Below the pieces are notes generated by a model, which saw nothing but the letters and a program-made list of their open reading frames with translations, was not told where the DNA came from and searched no databases. The position numbers and the translations under genes were made by a program. From Hormiphora californensis (taxonomy: Eukaryota > Animalia > Ctenophora): DNA of 64,000 nt. Location of the stretch: contig CM035350.1 of NCBI GenBank assembly GCA_020137815.1, positions 1,302,001 through 1,366,000 of the forward strand, given 5' to 3'. This document shows positions 28,563-48,960 of this stretch, one piece after another; position 1 is the first letter of the stretch; each line of letters starts with the position of its first letter.

Positions 28563-30873
28563 TTATACCCTCCCATACCCAAACATTCTCATATCAATGT
28601 CATAGAACTTGGTTCAAGAACGTCCTTAGCTCAGCACTGAGCTGACTAACAAACATATCAATCTCTGAGCTGTCCGAGGGTCTCCCAACTTTACTGGCAG
28701 AGTTATGGAGATCCAGAAACAGGGCCCTCTCCTCCCAAAGACCAATCTTCTCCAGTAGGAACCACAGTTCCCAGGGTTGGTGCTCTAACAAGGGGATGTA
28801 ATCCATCCGGTGTATACACAGATCACACCACTCTGAGGCGGGGGACCAGTGGCCCTCCCAGTCGTTATTCTTTAACTTCGCCCGCTGCCTGCACAGGAAT
28901 AGAAACAGTGATATTGGAGAGATTGAGACTACAAATTAAACCATGTAGCGCGAGGTCATAGTTTGAAAAAATGATCAAGATTTGAAAGCTTACGTTTTCA
29001 TTTTTAGCACCAGCTCAGAGAAAGTGATATGTGGAGGATTAAGGTAGGGGTTGTCAGGTGAAATGGCAGGTTTCTCCCCTTCCAGCTCCTTCACCATCTC
29101 CTTGTCATGCTCAACTGGGGCTACCTTTTTACACTGCCCCGGGATAGTGGTGTTATTATGGGGAACATATGTTACTTTATCTAGGTGGGGCAAGTTGAAA
29201 ATGGCATCAAGCTGGTCCAACATTAGAGAATGTCAATACATTATCTTGGATTTAAAGCCTTGAATTGTTCATACGAATTAAAGCCAACGAAATTAAAGCC
29301 AACGAAATGGGAACACCGGGAGACATACCCAGTCTCTAAAGCTGTTGAACTGAATGTTAAACTCGTCCTTTCGTACTGGATCTGGGAGGGTTCGTTGCTT
29401 CATGATGTCATAGTGCATGCCCACTCTATCCATCTCTGAACATCTCATGGCCATCTTGTAGTAACTGATCTGGGGAGGGGAAGTTAAATACAGTTAGATT
29501 CACCAGGTGTCTCGACAGACTTCTTGATTTACTGGGACCATACCCGACAAGCACAGTAAATCAAGAGCCAACTGTGTGAGATTATCAGGTACTTACAACT
29601 CGAACGATTGGATTCCGTACAACGGTGAACCTGGGTGTGCCAACAGGCTCCTTAGCATATGCCATACGTTGGCCTGGCCTATAACCTCTTGCCTGGGAGC
29701 ATGGATTAAAGGGACCGTTATCTAATAATCTGAATCTGTATATAATTGTCTGTAGAAAACTGTAGTTTTTTGTCCGAGTCTTCTGTCCTATACGTCACAT
29801 ACTAGGAGTGGGTTGAGTCATGCGTCTGTTTTGTCCGAGTCTTCTGTTCTAGGATCCTATAGGTACGGGTTGAGATGTCTATCTTGAACAATTACCGCGC
29901 CTGAGAGTTTGAACTTCCACAGCAACTCCAGACCGGGATGGATGATGTTGGGGTCAATAACATGGGAGACAAAGAAGTCCTTCCACACAGTACTACCTGC
30001 TTTGTAGGTAGGACACCATGATACCTTGTATTCCCTGCAGAAAGACAGGACTGATTGTAGTGAGATAACGAAAAGTGTAACGAAATGGTAATGAAATTGT
30101 GAGGGGTGTGTGTTATATCTGGCTATGACACGCTTTGGTATATTGTTCGTACAGAACAAATGGGTATTTAGTCGTTCTGTTCAATAATAATAGTAATAAT
30201 AAATGGGTAATTACCTTATGTAAAATAGGTAGGGTCGGTTGAATCGTTTATTTCGAATGGACTGGCACACTTCATTTATTTTCTCTTTCCGATCTTCCAG
30301 TCTCTTTTCAATTAACTCTTTGTTTATTCCATACAACTGGTCTATCTGTTCCAGACTAAGGGTGTAGTAATCCAACGCATCCAGGGCTGTCAAATTCGCT
30401 ATAAGTCTCACACTCTTTTCTGTGTTTGTATCTTCCGTATCCACATCATCGTTTGGTTCGGCTAGTTGATCAACTGTCTGCATGTCATTGTCCTCATTGG
30501 ACGCTGCATTATAATCCGTGACGGTATCTGATGATGAGTGATCGGCCTTCTCTAGATCAACTAGTAGAACACTGGCAGCAGCAGTCTCCTCCTCTGGATC
30601 AATATCAGACTTCGCATCTTCCTCCTCCTTGGGTACCCTCTTAACTACCACAGAGTGGCTCTCTGAGTCATTTTGTTGTTTCTGCTCAAACTGACCGATG
30701 AAGAAAAAACCTGACAAAAGTTGGATGTAACCATGGTAACTGTAAGAGACAAGTTCAATCGTTAAAGCATTACTGATTCATATCTAGATTCAGTAACACA
30801 ACAAGTACTTACAGCTAAGGCAAGTGGCTAGTATCAATGCTATGATAACCTTCCGAGGAGTGACGAGCGGCAT
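28563..30873 (-). CDS. Golgi carbohydrate sulfotransferase (Sulfotransfer_2 / CHST11-like) with an apparent 1-nt frameshift near the C-terminus
   Basis: Type II anchor MPLVTPRKVIIALILATCLSCFFFIG, acidic stem, 5'-PSB WCPTYKAGSTVWK, 3'-PB FTVVRNPIVRVV, HWSP..WCDLC; terminal FYDIDMRMFGY lies in a shifted frame. Confidence 0.85.
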
Positions 30874-31933
30874 AAAGAGGCTGTTGGAGTAATAATGTTA
30901 GAGACAACCTGACTATATAGTAAAAAGGTCGCAATATTTCTCTCTCTCTCTCTCTTGACTCTTGTAGCCCTATATGGGATAATGATATTCCCTAGAACAA
31001 TCAAGCTATAGCGGTATGTTGAACACTGGATATAATACACAGGGATTTATATTCAAGGTAATGTCACGAAATATGCCTACCGGCCACAGCAATTCGGATC
31101 TGAAACTTACACAATAAAGGGGAGAGTTGTTGAGTAACTCTCAACGAGAAGAGAGGTAGATCAACTCACTGTTTCCACCCTTGACAAAACATTTGGAGGC
31201 TGTACAATACCACTGAGCTACGACCAACTCTTAAAACTAACAAATTTTAGATCAAATCAAATCGGGAAAATTTGATCGAATTGCAAAGCAAAGAACTGAT
31301 CAGCCCTCTCTGGTGGACAAAGGAGCATACATGGGGTGAAAAAAGAGAGCAGGGAGGCAAGACGGTGCTCTGTGGTAACAGGCTCTCGAACACGGTGTTT
31401 TGTTAGCGATCATTACCTGTGGAGGAGGTGTAATGGACCGCACCCTCTCCAACCCTACCCGAGTGAATGCTTTCCCAATGTTCTACTAAAAATAGTAAGT
31501 ACTGTTATCGTTTTTTAATGGGTTTTGATAATAACCATAGAGAATCCTACCGGGACTCTACCTCTGCTCTCTAAGCCCTCTCCCTCTCCGTATCAGCTTG
31601 AGGCGTACCAAGCGGGTGTGCTCATATATATGAGAGAGATTGGTTTGGTTGAAAAATATAAAAACGGACTCAATAAATCAAGAGTTAATAGTCCGGCCCC
31701 ATACGAGGGACACGAAGCATACACACAAACACAAACAAGACATAGTATCCCACAAACATGTGGGGTAAAGAGGGGGAGAGAGAAATATTAATCCAAAACT
31801 ATCCGACCAAGAACACAGACCGGCCGGAATGACGCACAACAACGTTTGAGCGGGTACTGCATGTACATAGAAAACTTAATTAAACTTCGGGGCACACATG
31901 CACTGTGTAAAAATATACGCATACTGCAGACCA

Positions 31934-32046
31934 GCCTCGTTTAACCGGACCACGGTTTACGGTAAACCAGGTGGATAGATACATCTGCTGATTTGAGGTA
32001 TTCACATTTAAACCCTTCCCCCGCGGAGGGGTCCGGTCAAACGAGG
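31934..32046. mobile_element. Short pogo-like MITE remnant
   Basis: Inverted repeat CCTCGTTTAACCGGACC / GGTCCGGTCAAACGAGG. Confidence 0.5.
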
Positions 32047-32998
32047 TTTGAGTACATACAAAGGTAATAATCAGGCTGGGTTAACAAGCTAGGGATTTCC
32101 TGTCAGTACATCAAACACAACCCCTCTGTACAGCATGACGGGGAAATGTCACAGCGTGTAGATCTCGATTAAGGAGAGATTGGCTGTAATTAAAATAAGT
32201 AGTAATGATACTAGTGCCGGGAGGAAAATTAGAGAAAATCATATTTGCTTCCCTATTTTAATTCAAAACCAGCACAGATCTCAAATATAAACTAGTAACT
32301 GGACCATCCCTCTATAATAATACAGTGTACATTACAGCTAGAAACATTTAGCACCACGTGATGGCACCGTGTAACAGATCATAGTGTCAGAGGAAGTAGT
32401 TAGCTCGTGCAATTAATGTAGATCTACCCGGATAGGATCAGTGCTAGGAGATGTTGGGGTTGTTGAGTAACAAATAATGGGGGAATATATTCAGGCGAAA
32501 ACAGGGATTGTCACGTCTGTCACACACAGCGACAACATCAGATCGGGGCCCATGTAATTTTGACCCTCTTGTTTTGTGTGAACAACAAGCAGAGAGCGCT
32601 GGCTGCTTGTTAGTTGTACATGCTTGTGAAGCTTCTGTTAAAAGATCTGGGCTCCAAGGTTGTATGTACGTGGCAGGTAATACCATAGCAAGCACAAACA
32701 TGCTGTACACCACCCGTATTCAATCCCGGGTGTGACCTGTCAAGCCATTACTCTGACAGGCTGTGACCAGGATGAACCAGCACCGGGCCGAAAAGGCTCC
32801 GGGGGGGGGGGGGGGGGGGCAAGCAAGGGGAATTGGGAATTAGGGCCCCAACATAGTCTTCGGTGACACATTATAAGGTCGTGGAGAGGTCGCGAGAAAA
32901 AAAGAAAGGAAGAAACCACAAACATGAACAGGGATAGCTCAACTCAGAAAGCCCGAATTGAAACACGATTATTGAACAAAGAAAACAACATGGGATAG

Positions 32999-33275
32999 AG
33001 GTCACCACACACCAAAGTTAAAATTAAAATTAAAATTTTGATTTTAAACCCGCACACACCAGCGGCCGTTAAAATTTCTCTCCCCCATTCTAAAAGTAAC
33101 AATCTCGCGCGCGATTTTGACGGCGTGTTAAAATTTTGTCATCCAACGCGACCGTCAAAATCGTGCGTGAGATTGTTACTTTTAGAATGGGGAGAGAAAT
33201 TTTAACGGCCGCTGGTGTGTGTGGGTTTAAAATCAAAATTTTAGTTTTAATTTTAACTTTGGTGTGTGGTGACCC
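32999..33275. mobile_element. Palindromic PIF/Harbinger (Tourist-like) MITE
   Basis: About 125-bp near-perfect inverted arms starting GGTCACCACACACCAAAG; TAG duplicated at 32996-32998 and 33276-33278. Confidence 0.85.
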
Positions 33276-33298
33276 TAGCTTAGGGAGCACAAGATATA

Positions 33299-33455
33299 GG
33301 CTCCCGGACTCCTGTACGACTGGACGCATGATCGAATGAAATTCAATCCCCCTTATCTCTTAACCCCTAACCCTAACCATTGTCCATTAACCTAAAACGT
33401 AGCCCTAAAACTTGGTCGGTCATGCGTCCAGTCGGTCAGGAGTCCGCCGTCCGGA
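33299..33455. mobile_element. MULE-like MITE with internal CCCTAA repeats
   Basis: TIR CGGACTCCTG..CGACTGGACGCATGA; 11-bp direct repeat CACAAGATATA at 33288-33298 and 33456-33466. Confidence 0.8.
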
Positions 33456-33851
33456 CACAAGATATATACTAAACATGCATCTGTGAGACAAATTAGAGAA
33501 TGAACAGAGAGCTTGGGAAGTCATACAAGATACCTGGCCGGGTTAGTGAGGTCTGGTTACAGTGTAATGTTTCACAACCCCCTACACACAGGAATCCGAC
33601 ACGTTCACAAAGCAACATTCAAGGAATATTATTGGGGGGCCATGGGGTGGACCATTACACAAGGACCCATAATACACACCAAACCCGAGGAATATTGGGT
33701 CACAAGGACACGTGGATATCCCTGCATGAGGGAAGGGGGAAGTCCCGCATATATATAATGTTATCTGTTCAGTGATCCTCCTCCCTAGGAGGGCCTCCCC
33801 TCTATGTGCTGTAGAAAGGCACTTTTTTCTACTGCACATAGTATTTAAACA

Positions 33852-34281
33852 TAATTTAGTCCAAAAACCAATTAAATAAATTAGTTTGGATGCCCGGGCC
33901 CATGTGGTGTCACGGGGGTAACACCTTTAGGCTACTGCCATAATTAACGGCATATCTCGTTACGGTTAATTGTTAACTGTTATCCTTCAATCTTTCTATC
34001 TCTATCTATCTCTCTCTCACTCTCTCTCTCACACTATTTCTCTCTCTCTCTCTCTCTTTCTCTATCACTGTTTCTTTCACTAATCTCTCTTCTTTTTTTC
34101 TCTCCTCTTATTTATCTCTCCGTCTTTCTTGATTATATCTCACTCTTTCTATCCTAATTTCTTGTCTTAATCTCTCTCGATATCCATCATTTATGACAGT
34201 AGCCTAAAGGTGTTACCCCCGTGACACCACATGGGCCCGGGCATCCAAACTAATTTATTTAATTGGTTTTTGGACTAAATT
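33852..34281. repeat. Inverted repeat with about 90-bp arms around a CT-rich spacer
   Basis: AATTTAGTCCAAAAACC..GGCTACTG and its reverse complement at about 34192-34281. Confidence 0.85.
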
Positions 34282-34346
34282 TCTGTTTTTTTTTGGTGTA
34301 AAATAGAAAAAGCTATTTTTTCGGAATTTTTTCTGATTTCTGCATA

Positions 34347-35904
34347 CAAGGTGGCCCATAAATTATGAGGCCGGGGGACGAGCTGTACCTCCGAAACGGT
34401 GATAGTTGTGCAAAAACAAACTACGGGAACATGCTGGAACAATTCCTTGGTAACTTTTTGCAAATTTTGAGTTTTTTATTCAAAAGTTCATTTTTCATTC
34501 ATGAACTATTTACACGTTCATTAATGAATTAAGGACTCTAATTTACCGAGAGTGAGCCATTTTGTTTGGGTTGAATTTATCTTTCCAATGAGCACCATGA
34601 AAATCAAATTGAAGCACCAGGTCACATGGCAGTTGAGAAAATGCACATGCATGATTTTGGCTCTTCCTGCGACTTTCAATCAGCTGTATCACGGCTACCT
34701 TTTGTTCAATCTTTTTAAAATTTGGGTGAACATTGGATAAGCAAAGATCTTTGCTCACAAGAAAAATCAAGGTCAAAACTGAAAGTTCATTTTTGAGTGT
34801 TGGTAGTTCATTCCACTCATTCAGGAACCAACATCCCTAAAGTGATGAAAAGTGATTGGTTTTGTTTGGCCCATACCCTGCGATGATAAAGAGGTGTAAA
34901 AACACGTTTCCGGGCTAGTTAGTGGGTGTCCATGTGATCATGATGATATCTGACACCTCTTCTGAGCCATAATCAAGCGATTTTCTCGAATTCAAGCATG
35001 TGATTTGGGTTATCTGTGATTGGTATCGTGCAGCAATGTTGAGAGATCTCATAGCACCTCGAAAATTATGATTAGCTCAATGAAATGAGTTGATTTTGGA
35101 TCGAAAATGGTAGTTTAGTTCATTTTGACGTCTGTTTTAATCTCTTCTATCATAAATCAACTCATTTCATTGAGCTAATCATAATTTTTGAGGTGCTATG
35201 AGATCTCTCAACATTGCTGCACGATACCAATCACAGATAACCCAAATCACATGCTTGAATTTGAGAAAATCCCTTGATTATGGCTCAGAAGAGGTGTCAG
35301 ATATCATCATGATCACATGGACACCCACTAACTAGCCCGGAAACGTGTTTTTACACCTCCCTATCATTGCAGGGTATGGGCCAAACAAAACCAATCACTT
35401 TTCATCACTTTAGGGATGTTGGTTCCTGAATGAGTGGAATGAACTACCAAAACTTAAAAATGAACTTTCAGTTTTGACCTTGATTTTTCTTGTGAGCAAC
35501 GATCTTTGCTTATCCAATGTTCACCCAAATTTTTAAAAAGTTTGAACAAAAGGTAGCTGTGATACAGCTGATTGAAAGTCGCAGGAAGAGCCAAAATCAT
35601 GCATGTGCATTTTCTCAACTGCCATGTGACCTGGTGCTTCAATTTGATTTTCATGGTGCTCATTGGAAAGATAAATTCAACCCAAACAAAATGGCTCACT
35701 CTCGGTAAATTAGAGTCCTTAATTCATTAATGAACGTGTAAATAGTTCATGAATGAAAAATGAACTTTTGAATAAAAAACTCAAAATTTGCAAAAAGTTA
35801 CCAAGGAATTGTTCCAGCATGTTCCCGTAGTTTGTTTTTGCACACCTATCACCGTTTCGGAGGTACAGCTCGTCCCCCGGCCTCATAATTTATGGGCCAC
35901 CTTG
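34347..35904. mobile_element. 1.56-kb foldback element (about 750-bp near-identical arms), TA-flanked, Tc1/mariner-like termini
   Basis: TA-CAAGGTGGCCCATAAATT ... AATTTATGGGCCACCTTG-TA; loop about 35097-35153; mirrored ORFs appear in the ORF track. Confidence 0.88.
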
Positions 35905-35925
35905 TATTTTCGAATTTGAATAATT

Positions 35926-36502
35926 CATAAATATGCGAATAACGACTAAACGGTGAGAGATACGACTTTTTGTCAGGGGGACGACCCCCCATAAATCGAC
36001 TATTCTGCGCCGGAATATGTCCATGAAAACGTTCTAGGACCATCCGAAGTGGAAATGTTAAGAATATGCATTAAATCATGAATCGGTGCATAAATATGCA
36101 AATAACGGCTTAACGGTGCGAGATGGAGATTTTTGTCCCGAGTAAGACCCCCCATAAATCGACTATTTTGCGTCGAAATATGTCCATGAAAACGTTCTAG
36201 GACCAGCTGAACTGGAAATATTCAGAATATGCATTAAATTATGAATCGGTGCATAAATATGCAAATAACGGCTAAACGGTGCGAGATACGACTTTTTGTC
36301 TGGGGGAAGACCCCCCATAAATCGACTATTTTGCGTCGAAATATGTCCATGAAAACGTTCTAGGACCAGCCGAAGTGAAAATATTGAAAATATGCATAAA
36401 ATCGTGAATAGGTGCATAAATATGCAAATAACGGCTTAACGGTGCGAGATAGAGATTTTTGTCCCGAGTAAGACCCCCCATAAACCGACCATTCCGCGTC
36501 GA
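35926..36502. repeat. 163-bp tandem repeat, about 3.5 copies
   Basis: CATAAATATGC recurs at 35926, 36089, 36252 and 36415. Confidence 0.9.
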
Positions 36503-36924
36503 ATAAGACCGGTTTCAAGTCTTTATGACCTTCCAGTCGTGTCATATCGCAACCATGGTTAAAATGAATATTTAATGACTAATTAATGAATAATTAATGA
36601 ACTATGGCGATTTCGAAGTTCTCACACAGCTATTACCGAGCGCAATGATGTAAGGAACCACTGTTCTAAACGGCAAGTCTCTACTATTTGTGGTTTAGGA
36701 GAACACTCAAAGATAAAAAAGCGTCCTCCCCCTCCCCTCCTTTACATTTTTGCATTTTGGGACCCCTCTGGCAAATTTTTACCTTACATCCGATCGTTCT
36801 GAAAATTTGCATGCCTCTTCTCCTATATGAGGGCCCTTAGAGTACAAAATTTCAGCTCTCTACTTCATCTGGAACATGCTTTTTTAAAGCATCAAAAACC
36901 TCGAAATCTGCAATGGTATATAGT

Positions 36925-37114
36925 AGCACTGGCAGGTTTTCACGCGCTTGTGTGTAGAAGTGTTGCGTGTGCTCTCTCTTTTGTTTTTTGAGTTAGAGGG
37001 TATTTCTAAGGTGGGGGCTCTGCCCCCACACCCCCGTTTATGGTGGGGGCTGTGCCCCCACACCCCCCTTTTGGGCCCGGGGCACTTGCCAGTGCTATGA
37101 TTTGAAAACCTGCC
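36925..37114. mobile_element. Helentron/Helitron-like terminus
   Basis: TAGCACTGGCA..TGCCAGTGCTA and GGCAGGTTTTCA..TGAAAACCTGCC inverted pairs enclose two GTGGGGGCT(C/G)TGCCCCCAC hairpins; next to the 163-bp array. Confidence 0.5.
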
Positions 37115-37193
37115 GAATTGATATTGGGAAAAAATTAAATAAAAACAGTGTAGGTTTATAAATCAGATATATAGCATGACCTAATACTAACTC

Positions 37194-37643
37194 AGGTCGG
37201 TGGGATATGTCACATAGAAGAACCTAATCGCTAGGTCGGTGGGACATGTCAGATAGAAGAACCTAATCGCTAGGTCGGTGGGATATATCAGATAGAAGAA
37301 CCTAATCGCTAGGTCGGTGGGACATGTCACACAGAAGAACCAAATCGCTAGATCGGTGGGACATGTCACACAGAAGAACCAAATCGCTAGGTCGGTGGGA
37401 CATGTCACACAGAAGAACCTAATCGCTAGGTCGGTGGGACATGTCACACAGAAGAACCAAATCGCTAGATCGGTGGGACATGTCACACAGAAGAACCAAA
37501 TCGCTAGGTCGGTGGGACATGTCACACAGAAGAACCTAATCGCTAGGTTGGTGGGATATATGTCAGAATCTGACATATATCCCACCAACCTAGCGATTAG
37601 GTTCTTCTATCTCAGATAGGTCGGTGGGATATATCAGATAGAA
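37194..37643. repeat. 39-bp minisatellite (about 10 copies) containing one inverted copy
   Basis: Unit AGGTCGGTGGGACATGTCACACAGAAGAACCTAATCGCT; perfect palindrome at 37528-37608. Confidence 0.93.
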
Positions 37644-37807
37644 GTGTTGAAGTGCGTGTATACAATGGTGTAGTGCAGGGGTGTAGAGAGGGTGATTAAA
37701 GTACACCTCATTGGAAGACGGTCCAACATTCTAAACAGGGGTTCTAAAGCAATAAAGGGCCACTCCACCGGGGACCCTTAATTGTATCTAGGTGAGACAG
37801 GGATATA

Positions 37808-37876
<69 letters not shown>

Positions 37877-38972
37877 GGCTACTCAATAGTCAATTATAAT
37901 ACGATCCGTAAAAAGACACAATGGAATTATTTACAGACAAAGGTCAAGCGATAAAATAGAGATGAGTAATTGAGTATTGAGTAGCCCATTATTACTGGAA
38001 ACACGATATGTTTAGAAGGGGAAAAAGTAATAACATAAGCCATACAATATATAACGAGTACAATTTAGATTTTAATACCCAACTTTCATCAGGTCTCGTA
38101 GATGAGATTATATACTCACGGAACCTACTGGAAAAACACAGAATATATATCTTATGGAACATACACGTCATGCTTGTTGTATAAATAAATGCAGTGGGTT
38201 TTAACAGATCTCCTGATAGGTGAGTATAACAGGGTGCATGCGGGGTGTAATCTATTTATAAACGGTATAATATTCTTAAACACTTTCATAAAAATAAACG
38301 GAAACATATAAGAAAAAGAAACAGCACCTCTATAGCTGCTGGATATATTTAGCTTGTTGGGTGAAAATATTGAAATACGAATGATGATACTACACTGCAA
38401 AATTAAGGGGAAAGAGAACAAACACAAAATATATTCTCCGTCCTATTCACTAACTCTCACCCTCACTAACTCTCACTCTCACTCTCTCTCTCACCCTCAC
38501 TCAGTCTCACTCTCTCTCTCTCTTTCTCTCTCATTTTCTAAGACCACCAGCGGTATCCAGCTACTGAATTAATCAGCACCACTGGGATTCAAGCAGCAGG
38601 GGGTGTTATGGTGAATTATTGAAATCTTGCAACACATCTGTCTAGAGCAGGGGAGAGTGGAAAAGCGGATTTATCAACTAATGCATTTCTACACACTGAC
38701 ACGAACATGCACTCAATTGCCCTCTCAACACTGCCATTTCAATCTCTTTTTCCACACACACACACACACTATCACAACCGCACACTAGCTCTCTCGATAA
38801 TTTCCTAATAATTGTCTGTCAAAGACCTTTCAAACGTTCGCGTTCACAAATTTAGTTGCTCCGTATTTCTCTATTTTCTCTCTTTCTAGGGGCAAGTCCC
38901 ATTTCGGATGGCTGGTACCCGCCATGACACCACTTCAACATAACGACATTAATAATACGAATTGTTCAACAC

Positions 38973-47407
<8,435 letters not shown>

Positions 47408-47849
47408 CTGACAACTCTTGGGTGTCAAACAGTTTGGGTGATTAGGGTGAGTGTGAGTGAGGGAGTGGAGAGGGACCCCTCTCTCTAGTGCTGCCAGGCC
47501 AATGCTCTGACAGCGGCTCTTGCGAGAATAGGGTCAGTGCTCTGACAGCTCTAGTGTGATATTGAGAGGGGATGGGAGAGAGATGACCCCCTCTCTCCAG
47601 TGGTGAGGTATATCCCAGAGGATGGGAGATGGGATAAAAGTGATACAATTCATCTTCTGGGAATTTCAACAAAAAAAGGTATAACAGTGAGAGCCTTAAA
47701 CAACGTTATAGTAGCTTCACACACAGACGTTTAAATATAAACACGTCGCCATGAAAATATATATTGCATTCAGAGATTTTCAAGAAAAAATTGTACGTTT
47801 TTCAACAAAAAACAAACGCAGAACGGCATCAATTACGGCTTTACAGATA

Positions 47850-48960
47850 TACCGCGCGGCCCAAAAAAAACTAAGGGTACGTTGGCCTTCTTTTCTCCTA
47901 GAAATTTAATTTCAATCACTCTGATATTTTGTCACAATATTTGTATGGTTACTCATTCGAGGAATCCAGAGTTTCAGCCCTCTGGATGAAAATTCATTTT
48001 TTTCGCCCGAATGAACATTCAATGGACGCCAAAACGGGACCATATTTTGGTACCAAAGTTTTACAAATTTGTTTGGCTATCGATTTTCTTTTGAACACGA
48101 CCAGTTTGAGCTTAATTGGATCACCACAAGAATCACAGTGACCAGTTTACCAAGCCTAGGTTGGGTCATGTGATCCCCATCAAATTATGACGTGTTAGCA
48201 AGAGAACTTACATTCTAACCGACGCTGTATCGGTATACCGTCCTAATTAGCAGATGTGATACATGATACGCGACCGTTACACCTGCTTATTGGCACTTAT
48301 TAATGACGCTAGCGGTTCAATAGGAGTCACTTGACCAGACCTAGTGTCGGAAAAGTGGACACTGTGTCTCTTGTGGTCGTCCAATTGAGCTAAAATTAGT
48401 CGCGTTTGAAAGGAAATCGTTACCCAAAGGCGATTGTGAAATTCCGGTTTGGAATAGTTTTCTTGTTTTCAAGTTCATTTAGGATTCATTCCAGTCGTAA
48501 AATGAACTTTTAGATAGAGAGCCGAAATTCTGGCTAACATCAATATCGATCAAGTGTAATGGCCGTACGAATTTTTAGCGCCTGAATTTACCAATTTCTT
48601 GTCAAAACGGGTTAAAATCGAAGTTTGGTAAAAATGACCGTTTTTTAATCATTTATTTCATCAACTAAACTTGATTCATTTTTAATAAAAACTCGGATTG
48701 CCATTTATTATAGTTTACTCTAATGCATGGTTGCTATTTTTAAGAATAAAATCGAATTTAACCATGAGAAAACGTGGAAAAACCCGAAAAACGGGAAATT
48801 GGGTTCATTCATGAACTTCACACTTTTATGTTTTGAAACTCCGGATTCCTCGAATGAGTAACCATACAAATATTGTGACAAAATATCAGAGTGATCGAAA
48901 TAAAATTTCTGGGAGAAAAGAAGGCCAACGTACCCTTAGTTTTTTTTGGGCCACGCGGTA
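47850..48960. mobile_element. TA-flanked Tc1/mariner-like MITE with long TIRs
   Basis: TA-TACCGCGCGGCCCAAAAAAAACTAAGGGTACGTTGGCC ... GGCCAACGTACCCTTAGTTTTTTTTGGGCCACGCGGTA-TA; arms match over more than 120 bp. Confidence 0.88.

Noticed and set aside
31170-31228. tRNA/SINE-like GGTCGTAGCTCAGTGGTA on the minus strand
   Set aside because: A-box-like only; no B box or cloverleaf.
32508-33758. Possible two-exon plus-strand gene (..CMYVAG|IRHVHK..)
   Set aside because: Phase-compatible, but no start, recognisable motif or other support.
34275-37619. Mirrored and repetitive ORFs
   Set aside because: Products of foldback arms and tandem repeats; no transposase motifs.
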